Origin: Patescibacteria group bacterium | GTDB lineage: Bacteria > Patescibacteriota > Patescibacteriia > Patescibacteriales > UBA12465 | Direction of reading: 5' to 3' | NCBI GenBank assembly: GCA_041665845.1 | Contig: JBAYIC010000008.1 | Coordinates: forward strand, 1,335-65,334 | DNA: 64,000 bases | Shown here: positions 54,971 through 62,196 of the stretch, piece after piece | Position numbering within the stretch: position 1 is the stretch's first letter | How the letters are laid out: the number at the start of each line of letters is the position of its first letter | The notes under the pieces: model-generated | Told to the model about the DNA's origin: nothing | The model's input: only the letters and a program-made list of their open reading frames with translations | The model's database searches: none | Made by a program: the position numbers and the translations under genes

Positions 54971-55360
54971 ATGAAAATTTTAATCGTCGATAACGACGCC
55001 AGTACAATCACCACGCTTAAAGCCTTGCTTTCAAGCGAAATTACCTTTAAAATAGACGCCGCTTACAGCGGACAAGAAAGCTTAGATAAAATGACTGCAA
55101 GTCCAGACTATGACTTAGTCCTGATGGACGTCATGATGCCTAATATGAGCGGGATGGATGTTTGTAAAATCATGGGCAAAGACCCGCGCCTACAAACAAT
55201 CCCTGTGTTAATTATGTCTTCGGCCGTTCCAATTCCCCCAGAAGAATTCTATGAATCGTTAAAAAAATCCGGATCGCTTAACGTTATAAAAGGCGTTCTA
55301 GAAAAACCATTTACCAGCGAAAATCTTTTTTCTCAAATTAATAAAACCGCAAGAAAATAA
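54971..55360 (+). CDS. stand-alone response-regulator receiver protein, paralog of 51568..51951
   Basis: 129 aa. IVDNDA, LVLMDVMMPNMSG. Colinear with the other receiver through to the shared C-terminus NV(V/I)KG(A/V)LEKPF. Confidence 0.88.
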   Translation: MKILIVDNDASTITTLKALLSSEITFKIDAAYSGQESLDKMTASPDYDLVLMDVMMPNMSGMDVCKIMGKDPRLQTIPVLIMSSAVPIPPEEFYESLKKSGSLNVIKGVLEKPFTSENLFSQINKTARK

Positions 55361-55372
55361 CGATCTAAAAAA

Positions 55373-56059
55373 ATGGCTAACAAAATAAGGGAGGATTTAG
55401 TGAAACGATTGAAAGAAATCCAAAAGAACCTGGATGATAGCAAAGAAATTGGCGCTCAAAAACTTGAACAGCTTAGTAACGAGGTAAAAAAATCATTTGA
55501 TAAAGCAATAAATTCTCTTGACTTCAAGATAAACGTTTTTAATGAACTCAAAATTAGACGCGATAATTTAAGAGCTTGGAAAATTAGTTCGCTAAAAACA
55601 TTCTTTCCGATTAATTTTAAATATCTTCTAAGCATGCCTTTTATATACGGCATGATTATTCCAGGACTGTTTTTCCATTTAGGCTTAGAGATATACCATC
55701 AATTTTGTTTTAGGCTTTACGGAATTCCTCGCGTTAAATCAAGGGATTATTTTGTCTATAATAGGCGCCTACTTCCCTATCTTAATTGGATAGAAAAATT
55801 AAATTGTTTCTACTGCAGTTATTTTAACAATCTTTTACGGTATGCGATTGAGATTTCCGGCCGAACTGAACGTTATTGGTGTCCGATTAAATACGCGACT
55901 AAAGTAGAGGATACCCATTCTCAATATAATAAATTTGTAGATTATTTAGATGCCGAAAATTTCAGAGGGAAATGGCAAGAACTAAGAGACTTCTCTGATA
56001 TTGACCAGCTAGAACAAAGCAAAGAAGATAAATGCGATTTTGTAAAAAAACAAAGCTGA
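55373..56059 (+). CDS. hypothetical membrane protein with a Cys motif
   Basis: 228 aa. N-terminal coiled coil, hydrophobic hairpin (LLSMPFIYGMIIPGLFFHLGLEIYHQF), CFYCSYF...YWCP. Confidence 0.6.
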   Translation: MANKIREDLVKRLKEIQKNLDDSKEIGAQKLEQLSNEVKKSFDKAINSLDFKINVFNELKIRRDNLRAWKISSLKTFFPINFKYLLSMPFIYGMIIPGLFFHLGLEIYHQFCFRLYGIPRVKSRDYFVYNRRLLPYLNWIEKLNCFYCSYFNNLLRYAIEISGRTERYWCPIKYATKVEDTHSQYNKFVDYLDAENFRGKWQELRDFSDIDQLEQSKEDKCDFVKKQS

Positions 56060-56075
56060 TAATAACAATCACCGT

Positions 56076-57137
56076 ATGAAAAAGATAATTTTATTATTTG
56101 TTTTAACAATAATATTTTTTCTGTCCGGAACAACTAAGGCGGAAAATGATATTAATAAGACTACCGGCTACATTCTTTTACAAGTAGAAAAAAATGGCGA
56201 AGCTTGGTATGTCTATCCTCAAAATCAAAAAAGGTATTATTTGGGGCGCCCCGATGATGCTTTTAAAATTATGAAACAGCTAGCTCTCGGAGCTAAGCAT
56301 GATTATATTTTTAAGACTGATATTTTCCCCGATAGACTATCAGGCGTAATTCTTTTGGATGTTGAAAAAAATGGTGAAGCTTATTATATTTATCCTTCAA
56401 ATAAGAAAAAATATTATTTAGGTCGTCCTGACGATGCCTTTAAAATAATGCGTGAGTTAGGGTTAGGAATTAATAATTCTGATTTAAATAATATTTCCTC
56501 TGCTGTAATTGAAGAACCAATTCAAGAGTCGACTAATATTTCTCAAACGAATAAGAAGATTCTTATCGGCGGCGTTCCTTTCACTTCGCAGGCGCCTTAC
56601 GGCGACTGGGCTGATATGCGCCAAGAAAACGGTTGCGAAGAAGCTTCCGCATTAATGGCAGTCAAATGGGCGAGAAATGAAGGTTTAACTAAAGATGAAG
56701 CCTTAAAAGAAATAACTGGGCTTTCTGATTTTCTGTTAAAAAAATATGGCGAATACAATGATGTTTCAAACCAAGATACAGTCGATTGGATTTTTAGAGA
56801 TTATTTTAACTATAACAAGATTAGCCTAACCCGTAATATAACTTTAGCTGATATAATTTATGAATTAAGCCTGGATCATGTAGTTCTTACTCAAATGGAT
56901 GGCCAATTAATGCACAACCCAAATTTTAAAGCACCTGGCCCAGAGAGGCATATGATAGTTATCCGCGGTTATGATCCAACTACAAAAGAATTAATTACTA
57001 ACGATCCCGGAACTAGAAAGGGTGAACTTTATCGCTATGATGCTGATTCATTATACAAAGCGATTCGTGATTATCCAACCGGCTATCATAAAGCAATCAC
57101 CAAGATAGAAAAAAGTATGCTAGTAGTAACTAAATGA
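56076..57137 (+). CDS. secreted protein: two 41-aa N-terminal repeats plus a C-terminal peptidase C39-like (C39_2/BtrH-like) domain
   Basis: 353 aa with a signal peptide. Repeats are YILLQVEKNGEAWYVYPQNQKRYYLGRPDDAFKIMKQLALG and VILLDVEKNGEAYYIYPSNKKKYYLGRPDDAFKIMRELGLG. Candidate catalytic Cys in ENGCEEASALMA. Confidence 0.6.
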   Translation: MKKIILLFVLTIIFFLSGTTKAENDINKTTGYILLQVEKNGEAWYVYPQNQKRYYLGRPDDAFKIMKQLALGAKHDYIFKTDIFPDRLSGVILLDVEKNGEAYYIYPSNKKKYYLGRPDDAFKIMRELGLGINNSDLNNISSAVIEEPIQESTNISQTNKKILIGGVPFTSQAPYGDWADMRQENGCEEASALMAVKWARNEGLTKDEALKEITGLSDFLLKKYGEYNDVSNQDTVDWIFRDYFNYNKISLTRNITLADIIYELSLDHVVLTQMDGQLMHNPNFKAPGPERHMIVIRGYDPTTKELITNDPGTRKGELYRYDADSLYKAIRDYPTGYHKAITKIEKSMLVVTK

Positions 57138-57148
57138 TTTGAAATAAT

Positions 57149-57976
57149 TTAATTAGAATTTAAAACTAGAGTGTTTTTATATATTGTATTACCTTTTTTA
57201 GCGTAATAAATAAGAGTTTTCCCATCATTACTCATAAACTGATCATAAATTTGATCATAAGCGTTTCCTGCTTGGTCGTCAAAAATCAAAGAATCTCCAG
57301 CATCGGTTCTTGCCTGATAAACAAAATGGGCAGAATCTGGAGTAAAAAAATAGGGCGGAAAAATAAAATCAGATAACTGACCAATCTTACCATCAACAAC
57401 GACCGCCTCCTTAGAATCAACTTGAACGCCATAAGCAAAATGACGACTGTTCGGGCTAAATACCATAAAAAGTATTTTATCATAATAATTACCAATTTCA
57501 CCGTTTAAAGATACTGCTGATTTACCCTCAGTATCAAGAATATAAGCAAATTGCGAACCATCGGGAGAATTCAAAAAATTTAAATTAGACATACTGCTTA
57601 TTCCCTCCGGTAAAGTTAATAGCTCACTTTCTTGCCAAGAAAGAGGGCTTGTTGAAACGATAGTTTCTTCTGTTAGCACTTCCGCTCCTTCGTTGTTAGA
57701 TAAAGGTAAAGATAACTCAGAGGAAATATCGGATGATACGAAAGATACGGCGGAAATATTATTTTTTATTTTTTGACTAAAATTATTTTCTCTTATTAGA
57801 TATAAACTCATCAAACCTTTAATAAAGATAATAAAAATTAAAGAAAATAGAAGCAGGCTGCAAAAAACAACCAGACTTCCAAAAAATAAATCATATTCAA
57901 CGAGCAAACTTTTTTTGTTGTGAGAAATTATCGGCTTACTAACCGTTTTTTTCTTTTTTGCAATTACTTTTTTCAT
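57149..57976 (-). CDS. membrane-anchored protein with PD40/TolB-like beta-propeller repeats (tentative)
   Basis: 275 aa. One TM helix, then repeating SPDGSQFAY / SPNSRHFAY / TPDSAHFVY / SNDGKTLIY units about 45 aa apart. Confidence 0.55.
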   Translation of the reverse strand: MKKVIAKKKKTVSKPIISHNKKSLLVEYDLFFGSLVVFCSLLLFSLIFIIFIKGLMSLYLIRENNFSQKIKNNISAVSFVSSDISSELSLPLSNNEGAEVLTEETIVSTSPLSWQESELLTLPEGISSMSNLNFLNSPDGSQFAYILDTEGKSAVSLNGEIGNYYDKILFMVFSPNSRHFAYGVQVDSKEAVVVDGKIGQLSDFIFPPYFFTPDSAHFVYQARTDAGDSLIFDDQAGNAYDQIYDQFMSNDGKTLIYYAKKGNTIYKNTLVLNSN

Positions 57977-58063
57977 ATTTATTTAATTTGAATTATATTC
58001 TCGTCATCAATTATCTATACATTAAAATTATAGCACTAAAATTAATTCAAAGAAAATGATTTA

Positions 58064-58102
58064 GATAAAATTAAAGCCCCGGAACTCTTCGAGTCCAGGG
58101 CT
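58064..58102 (-). terminator. strand-specific terminator of the 58941->58165 unit
   Basis: Minus-sense AGCCCTGGA-ctcgaagagt-TCCGGGGCT (one G:U pair, a C:A mismatch on the plus strand), followed by a T-rich tract. Confidence 0.6.
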
Positions 58103-58164
58103 TTTTAATCACAAATGTTTTTTTAATTTTTGACGGCGAGGTTAAACCTCTACATCACCGCTTC

Positions 58165-58503
58165 TTACTTTGAAGTTTTAGATAACCCAACAACTGTTAA
58201 ATCAGTTGCTTTTACTCCGCGCCCCATTAAAGAATCAGCAATTTGTTGCGCAATGGCAAAGTTAACTCGCGTATCATTTGATTCTTCTTCAAATACAACA
58301 ATTCTTAAATTGCCTTTTTCAGGAAAGCAAACTTGGGGAAGAAACTTGCCGTCAAGTTTAAAGAAAATGTTGTATTGATTTGCGCCCTCAATTGATACCG
58401 GGCGCATTTTCAAAATTACTTTTTTCGATAAATTTCTCAAATTACTCATCGGCTCAGTACTTCTAAGCCGCCAGTTTCCGTTAACAATGATCACAAACAA
58501 CAT
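58165..58503 (-). CDS. ORFan protein
   Basis: 112 aa, no recognised domain. Confidence 0.55.
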   Translation of the reverse strand: MLFVIIVNGNWRLRSTEPMSNLRNLSKKVILKMRPVSIEGANQYNIFFKLDGKFLPQVCFPEKGNLRIVVFEEESNDTRVNFAIAQQIADSLMGRGVKATDLTVVGLSKTSK

Positions 58504-58521
58504 AGTTTTCTTTGGTTTTAG

Positions 58522-58941
58522 TTAGACATCAAATTCTTCAATTTCAATCCAAAATCCAACATCAGTCGGATTTAGTTTTGCAAAATCTTCGCGGGAAACA
58601 ATTTCACCGCCTTTTAGATCAGGGTGAGAATAAAATATCTTACCGATATCTTTCCGATGTGGTTGCGCCAGAGGCAATAAGTGGTGGGTTGTAAAACCAG
58701 AGTTATCTCGCTTATACTCCATCAACTTACTAGCGTCTATTCTTTTGCAGCAAATGCAACCGAACATTTTCATGCTACCGGACGGACTTGGTTTTAACCA
58801 AGCCCAATATGCGCCGCAATTGCAACTAGCTCCAACAACTCTCCAACCATCTTTTAAGAAATCAAACCAGAAATCTGGGATTTCCTCCATGTTTAAATCT
58901 TTAGTCGCCTGTACGACTTTCTCTAAATCTTTTCTTTTCAT
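58522..58941 (-). CDS. ORFan protein with a Cys cluster
   Basis: 139 aa. SCNCGAYWAW...FGCICCKR (five Cys). No recognised domain. Confidence 0.6.
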   Translation of the reverse strand: MKRKDLEKVVQATKDLNMEEIPDFWFDFLKDGWRVVGASCNCGAYWAWLKPSPSGSMKMFGCICCKRIDASKLMEYKRDNSGFTTHHLLPLAQPHRKDIGKIFYSHPDLKGGEIVSREDFAKLNPTDVGFWIEIEEFDV

Positions 58942-59008
58942 CGATTAATAGTTTTTGGGTTTTTAAATTTTATAATTAATTTTTGTTAAAGGTCTATAAT
59001 AATCAAAA

Positions 59009-59037
59009 AATATATCAGAAAGGTATATTTTTGTCAA
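59009..59037 (-). promoter_or_regulatory. consensus extended -10 promoter (ORFan cassette type)
   Basis: Gene-sense TTGACAAAAATATACCTTTCTGATATATT. Confidence 0.65.
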
Positions 59038-59040
59038 TTT

Positions 59041-59068
59041 TTGTCAATTCTATCTAGTATGATATAAT
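59041..59068 (+). promoter_or_regulatory. divergent extended -10 promoter for 59095..60135
   Basis: TTGTCA (59041-59046), 16-nt spacer ending TGa, TATAAT (59063-59068). Confidence 0.55.
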
Positions 59069-59094
59069 AATTATATAATAATATCTATTAAAAT

Positions 59095-60135
59095 ATGAAA
59101 AAAGCTTTCTTAATGCTTTCCTTTTTTTTATTATCTGCGATATCAGTACAAGCAACTATCATCGGCTTCGCTAATAATAGCTTATGGATTTCAGCGCCAG
59201 CCAATATTATCGAAGGTCAATCAGTAAAGATATATGCTAATATCGTGAACGGCGAACTAGGGCGATTTGAAGGCGACTTGGAATTTTATGCTAACGATAT
59301 ATCTATCAGTAATACTATCCACTTTAATATCGACGAAGAGAAAAGCCAGTTATTTAATACTACTTGGATTGCTAAGTCTGGAGAATATAAATTCAGTGCT
59401 AAATTAACTAATTACGCAATTTATAAAGATGGAAAGAAGCAGCTCAATGATCAAATTAATAATTATTTGAGTGGTGATTCAGAATTACTTTTTGTCGATG
59501 TTGATACTGATAGTGATGGGATTGGCAATGAAGCCGAAACCAAGGCCGGTACCAATCCTTTAAAAGCTGATACTGATGGCGATGGCTATGATGATAAAAT
59601 AGATACTTCTCCGCTTGATAGTCAACTCTTCCCTGGCCTAGATACTGACAAAGATGGTGTTTCTGATAAAGTGGATACCGATATTGATAATGATGGATTA
59701 TACAACTTCGAGGAAGAAAAATTAAAAACTGATCCCTACAACAAGGATACCGACGGTGATAGCGTATTTGATAGACAAGACTTTTCTCCGCTTGATTCTA
59801 AAATATGGGCAGAAAATAAAGTTGAAAATAAAGTTGAAAATAAACCCGAAGACAAACCCGCAACTTTAGTTAAAAATGATCCAGTTATTTTAAACAACCA
59901 ACCTATAGAAAAAGTACTAAACGAAACCACCTTAAATGAAGCTGTTGTAAATACTAATGAAGAAAAAATAAAGAAAGAAATATCTTCCAGTCAACTAGAA
60001 GAAAACGAAAAAAAAGAAAAAGAAAACAATAAGAATTTAATCATGCCTATTCTTAAAGGTTTATTGTTATTTAGTTTTTTAGGATTAATGATTAGTCTTA
60101 TTCTTTTATTTAAGGCGAAGCGTTCTGATAGATAA
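59095..60135 (+). CDS. secreted, C-terminally anchored protein with thrombospondin type-3-like calcium-binding repeats
   Basis: 346 aa with a signal peptide. DTDSDGIGNEAE, DTDGDGYDDKID, DTDKDGVSDKVDTDIDNDGLYNFEE, DTDGDSVFDRQD. ENKVENKVENKPEDKP. C-terminal TM helix plus KAKRSDR. Confidence 0.8.
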   Translation: MKKAFLMLSFFLLSAISVQATIIGFANNSLWISAPANIIEGQSVKIYANIVNGELGRFEGDLEFYANDISISNTIHFNIDEEKSQLFNTTWIAKSGEYKFSAKLTNYAIYKDGKKQLNDQINNYLSGDSELLFVDVDTDSDGIGNEAETKAGTNPLKADTDGDGYDDKIDTSPLDSQLFPGLDTDKDGVSDKVDTDIDNDGLYNFEEEKLKTDPYNKDTDGDSVFDRQDFSPLDSKIWAENKVENKVENKPEDKPATLVKNDPVILNNQPIEKVLNETTLNEAVVNTNEEKIKKEISSSQLEENEKKEKENNKNLIMPILKGLLLFSFLGLMISLILLFKAKRSDR

Positions 60136-60150
60136 TAAGCGGATAGCATC

Positions 60151-60179
60151 TTTACAAGAAAGCGCACTTATGATAATAC
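60151..60179 (+). promoter_or_regulatory. extended -10 promoter
   Basis: TTTACA, 17-nt spacer ending TGa, TAATAC. Confidence 0.5.
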
Positions 60180-60227
60180 CTTATGATGTGTTAATGAGTT
60201 CTTTATCAATAATTTAAAACTATAGAC

Positions 60228-61310
60228 ATGGCAAAACCGATTTTTAATGAAACAGAAATCTCTACTTTTAATTCAAAGTTACAGGAAATTCAAAACGATA
60301 AGTTGACTTTTCCTGACTATAAAAGTAAAGAAAACGCAACAAATTGCGTAATCAATGCCTATTTTGCTCAAGCAGTCTCACGAATTTGTAAGGACAGAAT
60401 GGATGATTTGCTCAACTACCTACTGGTTATTGTAGGAACTAAAGGGGGGCGCGCCGATATCAATGTCTGGCAAGGATTTGCTGATTGCGATAACGAAATT
60501 TACACTGACATTCTAAAAGAATGTAATACCCCCCTCAATTTGCGCTATCTTCACATGTTCTTAAAAGCTACTTTAGTAGCCTATCGGAGCTGGGCTCTTA
60601 CTGCCTTTGTTAAATTCCTTAGAGGGAACAAGGTTTCCGGAGGAAAAGCAGAACAACTTGAAGGGTTCGGTTATTTTCACAAGGATTCCGGTTGGAACGA
60701 ATTGCAAGTTAAGGCGGTTGGAGCAGTATTTTTCGATGAGTGGAGTATAATTTCCAAACTTTTTATGGAATATGACTCGGAACTTACCGATAGAGTTTAC
60801 GAGGAAGGCCAGAAAAATTGGGATATACCCTATAGTGCTCAATTTGCTGCAACCAGTAGAATTGTAAATAAGGAGTTTATCCAAGAATTAATCTCCTTGC
60901 TTGAAAAAAGAAACTTAGCTCCAATCCCAACTAACCCTAAAAAGGCTTTTCAGCCAAGAGTCCCAAAGGTATTCAAACCTGGGGATATTATTAAAAAAAA
61001 CACCATCAGCGACCTCCCGCCTCTTTCGATTGTTGAAATCAAAGTGAAAATGCGCCTAAAACATGGGGGAAATAATGTTCCCGGAACTGTCCAAATTGTT
61101 TTAGTTGAAACGCCAATACCACGTTGCTACCTAAATATTTGGAGGATTGTTGAAGATAAGGCCTATCTTCCTGGTAACGATACATCTACTTTTGATCGTG
61201 ACCGGCAAGCTCTGGAAGGCGCAATATACAAAGGGTTATGGGAATATGGAGTACAGGCTCAAAAGGGCGGGTACAAATATCCTCATGATTATATCGGGTT
61301 GTTGAGATGA
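60228..61310 (+). CDS. ORFan protein (360 aa)
   Basis: No signal peptide, TM helix or recognisable motif. Has its own promoter and terminator. Confidence 0.65.
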   Translation: MAKPIFNETEISTFNSKLQEIQNDKLTFPDYKSKENATNCVINAYFAQAVSRICKDRMDDLLNYLLVIVGTKGGRADINVWQGFADCDNEIYTDILKECNTPLNLRYLHMFLKATLVAYRSWALTAFVKFLRGNKVSGGKAEQLEGFGYFHKDSGWNELQVKAVGAVFFDEWSIISKLFMEYDSELTDRVYEEGQKNWDIPYSAQFAATSRIVNKEFIQELISLLEKRNLAPIPTNPKKAFQPRVPKVFKPGDIIKKNTISDLPPLSIVEIKVKMRLKHGGNNVPGTVQIVLVETPIPRCYLNIWRIVEDKAYLPGNDTSTFDRDRQALEGAIYKGLWEYGVQAQKGGYKYPHDYIGLLR

Positions 61311-61346
61311 TATTGACCTATTAGTTCTAACTACAGGAAAATAAAT

Positions 61347-61383
61347 ACAGGCGACTTTGTTTTTAAAGGTTGCCTGTTTTTTT
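61347..61383 (+). terminator. rho-independent terminator
   Basis: ACAGGCGAC-13 nt-GTTGCCTGT followed by TTTTTTT. Confidence 0.7.
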
Positions 61384-61404
61384 GTTGGTTACATAATCAT
61401 TAAA

Positions 61405-61440
61405 TTTAAAAGCCCAATCTTTCGAAAGGGCTTTTATTTT
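61405..61440. terminator. candidate terminator for the 61817->61476 gene
   Basis: AAAAGCCC...GGGCTTTT with an internal TTTCGAAA palindrome. A/T runs on both sides. Confidence 0.5.
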
Positions 61441-61475
61441 GCGTTTTTAAAATTTTTTAGCGATACGACTTGGAC

Positions 61476-61817
61476 TTAATAAATCCGATATTTATTATCA
61501 TTGACCCACTCGTCTTTGATAACGTTATTAAATGCCGCAGCATGTGAAGGACGCTTCTGCATAGCGACAATAATAACTTTTTGAGTATCGGCGATACTTC
61601 GCCTAATAGGATTACGGCCAAACCAGTTTATAGACTGTTGTCTTTTGAGCATACTCAAGGCCTGAAATAAAGCAATCAGATCATCAGGTTCCATCTTATT
61701 GATGGCCTGAGTGAAGGTAAAGAGCCTTTCAAGAAGCAACCCTGCTCGGTCGCCTTCTATTGGCTTGGAAATTTCCATAAAAAATTTTTCGGTACTGTTG
61801 GTGTTTTCGGTGTTCAT
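61476..61817 (-). CDS. ORFan protein
   Basis: 113 aa, no recognised domain. Confidence 0.55.
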   Translation of the reverse strand: MNTENTNSTEKFFMEISKPIEGDRAGLLLERLFTFTQAINKMEPDDLIALFQALSMLKRQQSINWFGRNPIRRSIADTQKVIIVAMQKRPSHAAAFNNVIKDEWVNDNKYRIY

Positions 61818-61849
61818 TTGTTCAGTGTTTTTTTGGTTTAATTACTTCA

Positions 61850-62050
61850 TTATTTTTTCTTTCCAAATACTGCTTCACCGGCTATTCCTACTGGTATAAC
61901 TACCAAGAAAAAGGCGAGTACGCCAACAGGAACGGTCAATAATAATGTATGCTTAACGCCATTGCTAGCCCAAAATGCTAAAAGCATAATTAGGCCAAAT
62001 CCTAATAGCAAAGATGCTCTGGATAAGTTTTTTTTGTTTTTTTCTTTCAT
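61850..62050 (-). CDS. small two-TM membrane protein (hypothetical)
   Basis: 66 aa. LLLGFGLIMLLAFWA and LTVPVGVLAFFLVVIPVGIAG. Confidence 0.5.
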   Translation of the reverse strand: MKEKNKKNLSRASLLLGFGLIMLLAFWASNGVKHTLLLTVPVGVLAFFLVVIPVGIAGEAVFGKKK

Positions 62051-62096
62051 TTTTTTTCTATTTTAAGGTTCTGTAAACTAATTTCACTATCAAGAA

Positions 62097-62125
62097 AAGA
62101 TATCATAAGACATGTTTTCTGTCAA
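62097..62125 (-). promoter_or_regulatory. extended -10 promoter (ORFan cassette type)
   Basis: Gene-sense TTGACAGAAAACATGTCTTATGATATCTT. Confidence 0.55.
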
Positions 62126-62196
62126 TATGCATAAAACCTCATAACCTCGCTATAAAGTTAAATAAAGGATATACTATAAGCCCTAATGTTAAAAAT

